IMG/VR virus record: IMGVR_UViG_3300033072_000542
Source: a virus
Reading direction: 5' to 3' (one strand)
Length of the DNA stretch: 64,000 bases
Each line of letters starts with the position of its first letter. Position 1 is the first letter of the stretch. Of the stretch, positions 22,835 to 32,063 are shown piece by piece. Below the pieces are notes generated by a model that saw nothing but the letters and a program-made list of their open reading frames with translations, did no database searches and had not been told where the DNA came from. The position numbers were made by a program, and so were the translations under genes.

Positions 22835-23412
22835 TTTAATTCTTTCAAAGCAATTTCACGAAACTTGGTTCGGTCAAACATAATAAAGGGTGTGTATTTT
22901 GTCCACTTTCTGCTTAATGCCGGAAAGCGAATATCATCATTGATTCTTCTTTCCCATACAGGAAGAAATTTCATAAATGAATTCAAAATACACAAAGTCT
23001 CATCTTTAATTTCACCATACAATACCATATTAAGGAGTTTGGGATACTCACCTTCGGTATGTAATAGTTCATTAATACTTCCATGTTCGGCTATTGTTGC
23101 ACAATCATTTTTGAAGTGATAACTCAATGCTTGAATGATTGCCATACGATCCATGTGGAATGTTCGTGCATCATCACTAAGCAAAGAACCTGCCCATGTT
23201 TTCTCATCTACAAACATATTTGAAACGATGAATTCTTGGTATTCATTTCTATCATACTTTCTGGAAAGTTTATAGAAGTGATACTTGTCTCTTCGTTTCT
23301 CAAATGCTTCAATACTGATATTACACTTGCCGTTATACTTAAAATAATCATACTCTGTGGTGAAGTGAAGTTTCAACACATGATAAAGAGAAAATGCTTC
23401 ATAGCCTGTCAT
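22831..23412 (-). CDS. 59: Helicase loader gp59
   Basis: EKRRDKYHFYKLSRKY matches T4 gp59 QKRRDKYFFQKLSEKY. 193 aa. Adjacent to gene 32 as in T4. Confidence 0.8.
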   Translation of the reverse strand: MTGYEAFSLYHVLKLHFTTEYDYFKYNGKCNISIEAFEKRRDKYHFYKLSRKYDRNEYQEFIVSNMFVDEKTWAGSLLSDDARTFHMDRMAIIQALSYHFKNDCATIAEHGSINELLHTEGEYPKLLNMVLYGEIKDETLCILNSFMKFLPVWERRINDDIRFPALSRKWTKYTPFIMFDRTKFREIALKELK

Positions 23413-23431
23413 AACAAAATTATATCACAAA

Positions 23432-23653
23432 TCAAATAGGAAGTCTGGTAGACTTAGGCAACATATTTAATTCCTGTGCATCAATCTCAATCTTTGCCTT
23501 GAGGTCTTTGTTTACCAGTGATGAAGCCAGTTCAATCTCCATACCAGTTTGTTCACAGTAATCAATAATTGCTTCCATGTAATTGTAATCTGTTCCAGCA
23601 ACGATTTCTTCAATCTTCAACTGGAACTGATACATTTCATCTTTTGTTGGCAT
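23432..23653 (-). CDS. Late transcription co-activator gp33-like (putative)
   Basis: 73 aa acidic protein placed between dsbA-like and 59 as in T4. Weak similarity: YNYMEAIIDYCEQTGME versus T4 gp33 MSYLEATTAFLEENS. Confidence 0.35.
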   Translation of the reverse strand: MPTKDEMYQFQLKIEEIVAGTDYNYMEAIIDYCEQTGMEIELASSLVNKDLKAKIEIDAQELNMLPKSTRLPI

Positions 23654-23925
23654 TACTTAACGATAGTTTCGTAAAGTTGTTCGAACTGTTCGTGTGTTGC
23701 TACTTCCTCATCATAGTTTTGTTTGTGATAAACTTTGACAAGACGATTAACGATTCTCTTAGGCAATTTCAAATCGTCACACACTTTTTTTACTGCTTCT
23801 TTAATGAAGTCTTTTTCACCTTCCATACGAATCATGGAATTAGAACACTCTTTGATAGCATCAAGCAATTTCTTGCGGTCTGCTTCACTAGAGATTTGAT
23901 TAATTGAAAATTGTTGCATAGCCAT
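23653..23925 (-). CDS. dsbA: dsDNA-binding protein DsbA-like
   Basis: The internal ATG (M55 of the listed ORF) gives a ~90 aa product. DDLKLPKRIVNRLVKVYHKQ resembles T4 DsbA. T4 synteny dsbA-33-59-32. Confidence 0.45.
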   Translation of the reverse strand: MAMQQFSINQISSEADRKKLLDAIKECSNSMIRMEGEKDFIKEAVKKVCDDLKLPKRIVNRLVKVYHKQNYDEEVATHEQFEQLYETIVK

Positions 23926-23935
23926 TATATACTCC

Positions 23936-24937
23936 TTAAACGAAACCCATTTTGCTACCAACTTTACGATTGTTGGTAGTTCCTTCAACTTTTTTATTGA
24001 AAACTTCTGCAATGCTATACTTACCTTCAGGCTTTGTTTCATATGAAACACCCAAACGTGCAGCCAACTTTTCTGCTTGTTCAGCATTCAATTGGTCAAA
24101 CGACAATACATCGAAACAACGACCTGGACGAATCAACGCAGGATCAACGTCACGGATGCTTGGCAAGTTAGTTGAGAAAATCAATTTCTTACCTTTAGTG
24201 GTAACCAATCCATCACCAACGTTCAAGAAACGGTGCATCATTGTGTTACCATCACTACGTGCTTTCAGGAAGTTATCTGAATCTTCCAGCACCATCACAC
24301 CAGTCTCATCTTCAATGAAACGTGCGAACAAATAGTCTTTCTCCAAGATTTGTGCATCGTATGTAACGATGGCTGAGGAGTTACTGTGAGCCAACAAACC
24401 ACGAATGAATGTTGTCTTACCAGTTCCTGGTGGTCCAATCAACAACAGAATGTTGGCGCTAGATTCCAAGAAGCGGTCATAGTAGTCTGCCAACTTTTCA
24501 TCCTTCAAGAAAGGATACATTTCATCAACAGGCAAACGTTCAGTATTCAATGGAACATTAACTGAGTTACCATCACCTGAATAAACCCATTCAATGTATG
24601 ATGTAACTTCTTCAAAGTTCTTCAAGAAAATATCTGATGCATTCTTGAGAAAAATCTCATCACCGAAGATATTGATATTGATTGTGTTTGAGTTTACATT
24701 GTAACGAATGAAGTTATCACCTTCAGTCACAATCATACCAGATGATTCGTTGAATTCTAGGATGTGGTCACCATCAAATTCATCTTCAATGAATTCGTGG
24801 CATTTAGCACGACCACCAAGAAGTTTCAACTCACGGCTTAATGTTGATTTGCCTGCTTGTGTTCTCGCATCAATTAGTTGCGAATACAAGTAATCACTAT
24901 AATCACTTGCGCCAATAAAAATCTTTTCATTACTCAT
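23936..24937 (-). CDS. AAA+ ATPase (unknown function)
   Basis: Walker A ILLLIGPPGTGKTTF. The likely true start is the internal ATG at 24937 (RBS AGGA, 6-nt spacer); the Arg-rich N-terminal extension of the listed ORF is probably not translated. Confidence 0.55.
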   Translation of the reverse strand: MSNEKIFIGASDYSDYLYSQLIDARTQAGKSTLSRELKLLGGRAKCHEFIEDEFDGDHILEFNESSGMIVTEGDNFIRYNVNSNTININIFGDEIFLKNASDIFLKNFEEVTSYIEWVYSGDGNSVNVPLNTERLPVDEMYPFLKDEKLADYYDRFLESSANILLLIGPPGTGKTTFIRGLLAHSNSSAIVTYDAQILEKDYLFARFIEDETGVMVLEDSDNFLKARSDGNTMMHRFLNVGDGLVTTKGKKLIFSTNLPSIRDVDPALIRPGRCFDVLSFDQLNAEQAEKLAARLGVSYETKPEGKYSIAEVFNKKVEGTTNNRKVGSKMGFV

Positions 24938-25089
24938 CTTGTGTCCTGCTACCTCTTCACTACTCCATGTCCAACCATTAAAAATACGTGTGCGTTTTAT
25001 CCGTCTACCAGAACGCACACCAACTCTTCGTGCGGCAATAACGGGTCTATTCATACCCATACTTGCTAGAATGCTATCTATACTTGAAC

Positions 25090-25308
25090 TCACTTTTTAC
25101 CTGTCATTGCATAAGCGATACACACGGGAGTTGAATTTGTATCATAAGTGCATTTCACCGAAACTGGATCAACACCCTTAGCGATAGCAGATTCAATATT
25201 TTTTGCCATGTTGTTTTGCTTGTTTGTTTCATAATTAAACGCACCAATGATTAGTGCGACTGCAACAATTGTAACACAGGTTGCAATAGTAATCAAGTCT
25301 TTATTCAT
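25090..25308 (-). CDS. Small membrane protein
   Basis: 72 aa with a hydrophobic N-terminal helix. Overlaps neighbouring genes by 4 nt. Confidence 0.35.
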   Translation of the reverse strand: MNKDLITIATCVTIVAVALIIGAFNYETNKQNNMAKNIESAIAKGVDPVSVKCTYDTNSTPVCIAYAMTGKK

Positions 25309-25862
25309 ATGATTCCTTTGTTTCTATCAATTTTGTCCGAATTGCGTTTATAGAAAATATGTCTTCCAATCTTTTCCACTTTCTGAAGTTTTGACCAACC
25401 AGGATTAACATAGTCGGCATGATAGTATGTTGCGCCTTTTGTTACATCATTCATCCTCTCAAAGTTGATAACGAGATTTGTAGCAATTTGCAATATCTCA
25501 TTATACAACGGAGTTTGTTTGATTGTCAAGCGCCTGTTGGTATATGTTGAATCACAATACCAGGAAAACTGACATAGATTACCAGTTTTTTGTTGAACAA
25601 CACCACAAATATCATCGGCATAATTACCGGTTTGTAGTCTGTTTAATGTTACGAATCCTACGGCTTGTTTGCCTTCATACGATTCGTGTCCAGCCTCAAA
25701 GTAAATGTTCTCTGCTAGGCAACTAACTTGTTTTTGTAGTTCCGTAGTCAATACATTATAACTCGCTTTAATTGGTAATTCAGGCTGTCTGATATTTACC
25801 ATTGACATAGTTAAGATAACTGCTGATAGCAATATACTAAAAAGTATAGGCATACTTCGCAT
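25305..25862 (-). CDS. Secreted SleB/CwlJ-family cell-wall hydrolase
   Basis: Signal-peptide-like N-terminus. AENIYFEAGHESYEGKQAVGFVTLNRLQ matches the SleB Hydrolase_2 signature. Confidence 0.55.
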   Translation of the reverse strand: MRSMPILFSILLSAVILTMSMVNIRQPELPIKASYNVLTTELQKQVSCLAENIYFEAGHESYEGKQAVGFVTLNRLQTGNYADDICGVVQQKTGNLCQFSWYCDSTYTNRRLTIKQTPLYNEILQIATNLVINFERMNDVTKGATYYHADYVNPGWSKLQKVEKIGRHIFYKRNSDKIDRNKGII

Positions 25863-25904
25863 ATTTTTCCTTTCTGTGTGTTAATGGACCTTTCGGTCCG
25901 ACCA

Positions 25905-26168
25905 TCAGGATTTCTTCGGCTTTGTGGCGTCAGGCAACATGGACACAAACGCATTCAGCGTTGATGCCTTGTCAATAATTTCTTTTTCTGATGGATATTT
26001 TGGATAGCCTGGATGTTTTGGTGTCTCTGCACCTTTTGATTTTGCAACATCACAGTCCATTGCGAACTGGTTGGCTATTTTTTCTCGTTCGCCGAAATAG
26101 TCTGATTCAAGCATATCTTTTGCCATCTTCAGTAATTCTAAGCGAATCTCAAACGGACTCATACTCAT
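25905..26168 (-). CDS. Hypothetical protein
   Basis: 87 aa. RBS AGGAG upstream. Confidence 0.35.
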   Translation of the reverse strand: MSMSPFEIRLELLKMAKDMLESDYFGEREKIANQFAMDCDVAKSKGAETPKHPGYPKYPSEKEIIDKASTLNAFVSMLPDATKPKKS

Positions 26169-26194
26169 GTTTTCTCCTGTGTTGTGTATGTGTA

Positions 26195-26488
26195 AATGGT
26201 GAGTTATTCTGTTACGAGGAAACTCACCGAAACCCTAGTCAGCGTTTAGGCTGCCAATGCGAACTTTTCATCGTTTGCGTTTACTTTATTTAGTTTTTAT
26301 ATCTACTCTGATAAGTTGTCCACTTCTTTACTCTTTGCCCTGTCGAAACCAAGTGCATCCCCATCAGAAACACATCAGAGGTCTTTTTACAAAATACTCC
26401 CAGTCCAATGTGTTTTTGGTGGAGATGGGGGGATTCGAACCCCCGTCCAGAACACCTTTCGAGTTGCTTCATACAACCATATTTTTAT
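26195..26488 (-). ncRNA. ssrA: Two-piece (circularly permuted) tmRNA (ssrA)-like gene
   Basis: Acceptor piece ...GGACGGGGGTTCGAATCCCCCCATCTCCACCA occupies about 26418-26480. A self-complementary spacer follows. The coding piece starts GGGGATGCACTTGGTTTCGACAGGG at 26362, with G3-U70 and a GGGGAUG/CAUCUCC acceptor pairing. The tag frame GCA AAC GAT GAA AAG TTC GCA TTG GCA GCC TAA (ANDEKFALAA) is at 26246-26278. A GGTGAGTT...AACTCACC hairpin follows. Confidence 0.7.
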
Positions 26489-26713
26489 TTATTCAATCAC
26501 AATCTCATTCTCATCACAAGAGGTCATTTCACCATCACAATAAATGCTATACTTAAAACCACCATCAGGAAATGGTGTATCTTTTGTCCATGAAGGAACA
26601 TACATGATAACACTATTTGTTAGCCAAAACTTATCTTCAGATTCAAACACTTTCCATTTGAACTTGCTTGTGCCATTCTTATGATCCACATTATAGCGAA
26701 TGTAATATCTCAT
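26489..26713 (-). CDS. Hypothetical protein
   Basis: 74 aa ORF. Confidence 0.3.
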   Translation of the reverse strand: MRYYIRYNVDHKNGTSKFKWKVFESEDKFWLTNSVIMYVPSWTKDTPFPDGGFKYSIYCDGEMTSCDENEIVIE

Positions 26714-26714
26714 G

Positions 26715-27914
26715 TCAAGTCTCTAGATGGTAAAATTTACTCATCGTCAATGGTAATCCAGTAAAACCTCTGACACCAAGTTTTATCAAGTCCGTAAATC
26801 TACTATAATATTCCCTACTGCCATGTTTCCATATTGACGATACATTTTTGTCCATATCATTTATCCACCAATTATCTAGCGGACGATTACCCAAAAAGCC
26901 TTCTTTAGGTGAAATGATACTGGGCTTCCAGTCAGGATATACAGTTTCATGGAAGTATTTGTATTTCAGATTTCCAGGATATTTCTTACTCTCACAATAA
27001 ACATGTGGACGGTGTCCCATCTTAAAGTATGGCTCTCTAGGCTCAAAATAATCAGGACTGTTTAGTTTTTCAACATATCTTTTTAGGATATGTGCTTGTT
27101 TAATAATTAACTTCACATCATCAGGACTGTGATAAAAAAACTCCAAGAAGTTTCTACCTTTCAAATCTGGATCAGCCATAATCATGCCTGCGGTATCACA
27201 CGAAAATATATCATTGAATCCCATAGAATATTTGTTTTCGTGTAATCTTAATGTTGGCTTATCGGTCCCATAAATTACACAAACTTTTTTACCATCGAGA
27301 ATCATATCCCAAATATGTTTGGTGTGCTTTATCCAGAAACCTCGATAAAGTGGTGCTGAAGGAAAACTGTTTGCACCAAACAATATTTCATGCTCATCAC
27401 GTTTACGAAACTCTTTCCATATGGTATTCAACATTTCAACTTCATCCAAAATCGTAATCTTCATTTTGGATGATCCATATCTTTTCAAAATTTCATCAAC
27501 TTGTGGCTTAACGTTGTGGAAATAATCTAAATTGTGGCATGTTCCTTCCACAACACCTGTTGATTTGTAACTATTGAAATTTACAATCTCATCCAATTTG
27601 ATATTGTATTTTAGGAATGTGTCAAGAATATTTTGACTATCTGGTCCACCACTATATGATAGAACCAGATAATCGTTGGTATCTCTGAGTTGTTGTGCTC
27701 TACGGCGGTAGAATTCTCCTATACCAACTTCAGGTTCAGGTTCAGTTGTCCAATCATACGTGTCAAATATGTCATCATTGAAATAAAATTTCAATTTCTG
27801 ACCAGTTCGCCTAGATTCAAATAATGCAAACTGTTTGTGTAAGAAACGTTGATTTCCAACTTCATAATGTCCAAGTCTATCAACAGAATTGACAGACATA
27901 TCAGTAATAATCAT
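26715..27914 (-). CDS. PP-loop ATP pyrophosphatase family protein (paralog 1)
   Basis: SGGxDS motif LSYSGGPDSQNILDTF. 399 aa. Confidence 0.5.
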   Translation of the reverse strand: MIITDMSVNSVDRLGHYEVGNQRFLHKQFALFESRRTGQKLKFYFNDDIFDTYDWTTEPEPEVGIGEFYRRRAQQLRDTNDYLVLSYSGGPDSQNILDTFLKYNIKLDEIVNFNSYKSTGVVEGTCHNLDYFHNVKPQVDEILKRYGSSKMKITILDEVEMLNTIWKEFRKRDEHEILFGANSFPSAPLYRGFWIKHTKHIWDMILDGKKVCVIYGTDKPTLRLHENKYSMGFNDIFSCDTAGMIMADPDLKGRNFLEFFYHSPDDVKLIIKQAHILKRYVEKLNSPDYFEPREPYFKMGHRPHVYCESKKYPGNLKYKYFHETVYPDWKPSIISPKEGFLGNRPLDNWWINDMDKNVSSIWKHGSREYYSRFTDLIKLGVRGFTGLPLTMSKFYHLET

Positions 27915-28786
27915 TCTGAAATAATTTCTTTGATATAGTTTTCAGGTGATGTGATGGATTGTTTTCCGAAATGGATGTCCATCTTCTTTCTAACTTCTAG
28001 CGATTCATTGCTACGCATATATTCTGCGATTGCTTTACGAAGTTTTTCAACCTCTTGTGGATTAGCAGACTTGTTTGCGAATAGAAAAATGTTATTAAAA
28101 TATCTGTAGTCATTAGGAACAGATAGTCCTAGTTCTCTTAATGTGGGAACATTCGGTAGATAATGTGAACGTTGTGGAGCAAATACTGCTAAACCTACCA
28201 ACTTATTCTCTTCAACATACTGATTGATAACGTTTGGAATGCTAACACCAATATTCAAGTGTCCACCAATCGCATCGGTTGTAATCATAGCACCACTTTT
28301 ATATGGAACTTCCACCACGTTACTTGAGACACTATACTTCTCTGCCATTTGGCGAATCAACTTTCCATTATTACTAGCAGTTGGAATTCCATAAGATAAA
28401 TTATTCGTCTTAGCATAGTCTAATGCTTCTTTGAAATTCTTATAGTTTGGATTTGGTCTAGAGAAAATGACGCCAGGAATTGTTCCCATGTATGCGACAG
28501 GAATCATATCTGTCAATGGATTAGTTGGCCAATTCTGAACTGGACCAAACAACAATACCATCTTATCAGTTTTATTCTCTGCCAAAGCAGCCGCACCAAT
28601 AACACCACCAGCACCAGGCTTCAAATCATATACAACACCATCCAACTGTTTGTTGAAGAATGGTTGCATCTCCAAAGCATACTTGTGAATCAAACCACCA
28701 GAGCCAACAGGCAAAATAACGGTAGTAGGTTCAGAACAAACGTTGAATGTCATAAAAACACTCAACAACATCATCTTAAATTTCAT
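27911..28786 (-). CDS. Periplasmic substrate-binding protein, TctC/Bug-like (putative)
   Basis: 291 aa. N-terminal signal peptide MKFKMMLLSVFMTFNVCS. Size and composition resemble tripartite tricarboxylate transporter binding proteins. Confidence 0.35.
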   Translation of the reverse strand: MKFKMMLLSVFMTFNVCSEPTTVILPVGSGGLIHKYALEMQPFFNKQLDGVVYDLKPGAGGVIGAAALAENKTDKMVLLFGPVQNWPTNPLTDMIPVAYMGTIPGVIFSRPNPNYKNFKEALDYAKTNNLSYGIPTASNNGKLIRQMAEKYSVSSNVVEVPYKSGAMITTDAIGGHLNIGVSIPNVINQYVEENKLVGLAVFAPQRSHYLPNVPTLRELGLSVPNDYRYFNNIFLFANKSANPQEVEKLRKAIAEYMRSNESLEVRKKMDIHFGKQSITSPENYIKEIISE

Positions 28787-30063
28787 TTTATATAATCCTT
28801 TAATAAATCAACAGCGTCAGGAAATGTTTTCTTCCAATCTGTGCCACGAATACTATCTAGTTTGTCTAAAAAAGACACATGATTTTCTATCATCATAACA
28901 CATTCTTCATGCGATTGTGTGCCGATATGTGATTCTAGATAATTACATATAAATTTTTTCCAACCATCAGGAAGATTCGATTCTTGATAAACACGAATAA
29001 CTTGTTGTTTCTGTTCATCAGGAATATATTTCATATCCATGTGAACAGGCGACATTAATGTCCTGAATGAATATTTGTCGTAACCAAGTTTCGAAAAGTG
29101 TTCATAGATTCTTATTGGTGCATATATGTTGTATATACCGACACATGATGAAATGTGTCTGATACCAAAACCTCTCTCTTGTATTTTATTCATGTTGGTA
29201 GTTAGTGTCTCGAAATTACCACCAAAACGAATTAAATTATATCTATCACCAATGTCATCACAACTTACTGATAGAACAATCTGTTTGAACTGCTTCAATT
29301 TATCTAAAATTTTGTCATTAATTACAGATAAGTTTGTGTCATATTCCAGTATAATATGTTTAGCGAGATCCGCTTCGATTAATTTATCCAATAAAATATT
29401 GTGGCCTTTAATAATAAAAGGTTCACCGCCCGTGATATACAAATGTCGTATTCTATGTTTTATCGTTTCGAATTGTTCCCACCATCTAGGTGAATCGTGC
29501 CAATCTAATCTTGCGCCACGATTTTCCTTTTCTATCGTGGCACCATAAATTATTTTCTCATCTTCATACCATTGATTACTATATTTCGAATTGCACATTG
29601 TGCATTTCATGTTACACACATTGGTAAATCTCAAATCTAAACTGATAGGTGTTTCATTTAATGAACCATCTTCCGTCAGATAATCTTTAACGTTATTCAG
29701 ATTGATGGCACCATCAACATCAGGTAACTGAACAAACGACCTGAATATGCGTAGAGAGTGTGCAGTTCCACCATTTCTTGAACTAACATCTTCACGTTTC
29801 CAACATATACCACACATTGGATGTTTTTCGTTTCTAGATTGTGCTAGACGTATTTGTTTGAACTTGTCACCATTTATTGCATCGAGAATACTATGTGTCA
29901 TAAGATTCATAATATTTCCTTCAGAATCCAATAATGTAGTATAATCTTTATTGCTAGAAGAACCATGTATTCCTGCATTGAAGCAACAAATTTTATAATC
30001 GCCAGCCGCATTTATCTGTAGACCAGACCACGGCAAAATACAAAACGTTTCTTTACTAAACAT
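28783..30063 (-). CDS. Radical SAM enzyme
   Basis: CNMKCTMC (CxxxCxxC) and SAM-binding ITGGEPF motifs. Additional N-terminal Cys cluster. Confidence 0.55.
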   Translation of the reverse strand: MFSKETFCILPWSGLQINAAGDYKICCFNAGIHGSSSNKDYTTLLDSEGNIMNLMTHSILDAINGDKFKQIRLAQSRNEKHPMCGICWKREDVSSRNGGTAHSLRIFRSFVQLPDVDGAINLNNVKDYLTEDGSLNETPISLDLRFTNVCNMKCTMCNSKYSNQWYEDEKIIYGATIEKENRGARLDWHDSPRWWEQFETIKHRIRHLYITGGEPFIIKGHNILLDKLIEADLAKHIILEYDTNLSVINDKILDKLKQFKQIVLSVSCDDIGDRYNLIRFGGNFETLTTNMNKIQERGFGIRHISSCVGIYNIYAPIRIYEHFSKLGYDKYSFRTLMSPVHMDMKYIPDEQKQQVIRVYQESNLPDGWKKFICNYLESHIGTQSHEECVMMIENHVSFLDKLDSIRGTDWKKTFPDAVDLLKDYIK

Positions 30064-30413
30064 TATTCAACGTGATGTGTAAAAGTTGATTCTGCGCCCA
30101 ACTCAGCCAATTTATTTTTCAATAAATCCATTCTCGTTTTAACAATCTCATGTTGATTAGCACCCTCAAGCACAGTTCTGGCAGCCTCCAAATTTTCCAC
30201 CGTATCAAATTCAAGTTTAACAACTAGAGTGTCGCCAACCTCTTCTTGTGTGGTACCAACAAAACCTGTTAGTGATTGAACATAATCAAAATAAGGATTT
30301 AGTATTGTTTCTATCTCATTTTGTGTAAAATATTGTGAATAATTCTCTGGAAAAATCCACGGCTTAATTCCCATAGGATTATTATTTGTGATTATTTTTA
30401 CAATTTTCGGCAT
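30063..30413 (-). CDS. Hypothetical protein
   Basis: 116 aa ORF within the enzyme cluster. Confidence 0.35.
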   Translation of the reverse strand: MPKIVKIITNNNPMGIKPWIFPENYSQYFTQNEIETILNPYFDYVQSLTGFVGTTQEEVGDTLVVKLEFDTVENLEAARTVLEGANQHEIVKTRMDLLKNKLAELGAESTFTHHVE

Positions 30414-30422
30414 TTCGTTTCC

Positions 30423-31268
30423 TTAAAATTTATATTTATCGAACAAAGTGAAGAATTGTTCCTTGGTCCAAACTTCTCCAGTCTTTTTGAGTGGCACTCT
30501 ATTGGATGCCATTAATGCAATCTCTGCTATTGTTTCTGGTGAATAGACTGGACGAAGTTTATCACGATATTCAATCTGATAAATTTTCTCTTTATGTCTG
30601 TTCCATGTGATATTATCCCTAGGCATCATGGCGTAGGCAATCTCTGGTGTATACAGAAAGAAGTCTATGTTTTTGCAACCAACAAAACAATAATCGGTAT
30701 AGAAGTCCCATTCATTTGAAATGAGATATACATCATCGGTTATCATATCATCACCATCACCCATGAAATGGTTTCCTGTGATTAGTGTTCCACCCAATTT
30801 CTCTACCATCTCAGCGACAATCAAAACCTGTGTTGCATTATAACCAACACCATTAAACTTTCTATAAATGTGTTCATCATAGAAGTCGATGAGTTGGCGC
30901 TCACTTATTTCAATTATAGTTGGTGTAATTCCTAGTTCGTCACATACTGCATATGCATAATCATTCTCGATTTGCTTACCACAGACAACAATAATAGGAT
31001 GTATATCTATACCATTCCTATGGAAGCAACGTAGAACAAAATCTGAATCCATACCACCACTTAGTGCAAGATATAGTTTGTCGTAGTCTTTTGCTATCTC
31101 ACAACAAGTATAATCTGCGGCTTCCTGATATGACATTTCTTTGAATGGATATAAATTTATACCCATAGAAAAATCTGCGGCTTTATTGGTGAATCTGTCT
31201 GCCAGATTCGTATACAACCATTTATTCTTTGTTAACATTTTTTCTATACCACTCACCCAAGTGAACAC
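30423..31268 (-). CDS. PP-loop ATP pyrophosphatase family protein (paralog 2)
   Basis: LALSGGMDSDFVLRCF SGGxDS motif. 281 aa. Confidence 0.5.
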   Translation of the reverse strand: MFTWVSGIEKMLTKNKWLYTNLADRFTNKAADFSMGINLYPFKEMSYQEAADYTCCEIAKDYDKLYLALSGGMDSDFVLRCFHRNGIDIHPIIVVCGKQIENDYAYAVCDELGITPTIIEISERQLIDFYDEHIYRKFNGVGYNATQVLIVAEMVEKLGGTLITGNHFMGDGDDMITDDVYLISNEWDFYTDYCFVGCKNIDFFLYTPEIAYAMMPRDNITWNRHKEKIYQIEYRDKLRPVYSPETIAEIALMASNRVPLKKTGEVWTKEQFFTLFDKYKF

Positions 31269-32061
31269 AATGATCCTCGTAGCGGTTCATCGCTTTCATC
31301 AATGGAAAATATTTACCCTTTTGCAATTCAGCAGTCGCAACATCTTCTCGGAATACTTCCTCACACGTTTCAAAAATTCTGCGTGTGGTAGCATCGACCG
31401 ATGGATCATAATAGAACTGTGATATCCATTTGAAGCCAAATTCTGTATTGATATCGTTCGGTATCACATTATTGACCATAACACATCCGGGTGAATATTC
31501 AATAAACAAGAATGGGAAAACATACAACCACCAGCCAGTAGGATGTGATTGTAGAATCCATCCATCTCCCTGATCCATCTGTATGTCTTCCAATTTAACT
31601 TGGCGTGACAGGAATGGATGAATACCATCCTCATATACGTGAAGTAAATCTGCCTCAGCATCAAGCAACCACATCCAACTGCCTTCACTTGAGCCTTCCA
31701 GTGAGTGGTGATACACCAAAGATTTTTCACTAGCCAAATCATCAACCCATTTATGGTCAGGCTCAACAAAATCTTTGAAAATCATTCCACTGCGACCAGT
31801 TTCTACCTTACCACAATGCAACTTCTTATCATTGTTTATTGGATTACCATCTTTGTCCCATCTGAAATTGTGGAACTTACACCAAACATCTTGCACCACT
31901 TTACCTGGTGTCTCCAATGGATACATTCTGTGTGGACAGAAACGGTGCATCAAACTGACGCCATCATCCTTTTTGTTTAAGATAAAATCTGGTAAAACCA
32001 AATTGCCCTTCTCAAGTGCTGATATGTGTGCGAAAAATTTTGGTGTTCTAATCTTAAACAT
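31222..32061 (-). CDS. Rieske [2Fe-2S] domain protein (oxygenase-like)
   Basis: CPH-x16-CKFH Rieske motif (CPHRMYPL...CKFHNF). Confidence 0.5.
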   Translation of the reverse strand: MFKIRTPKFFAHISALEKGNLVLPDFILNKKDDGVSLMHRFCPHRMYPLETPGKVVQDVWCKFHNFRWDKDGNPINNDKKLHCGKVETGRSGMIFKDFVEPDHKWVDDLASEKSLVYHHSLEGSSEGSWMWLLDAEADLLHVYEDGIHPFLSRQVKLEDIQMDQGDGWILQSHPTGWWLYVFPFLFIEYSPGCVMVNNVIPNDINTEFGFKWISQFYYDPSVDATTRRIFETCEEVFREDVATAELQKGKYFPLMKAMNRYEDHCVHLGEWYRKNVNKE

Positions 32062-32063
32062 AA

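Noticed and set aside
26408-26440. tmRNA 3'-end fragment as an attP/attB core of an integrative element targeting ssrA
   Set aside because: A matching 5' acceptor strand, resume codon and full tag frame lie immediately downstream. This fits an intact permuted ssrA gene rather than an integration remnant. No integrase was seen nearby.
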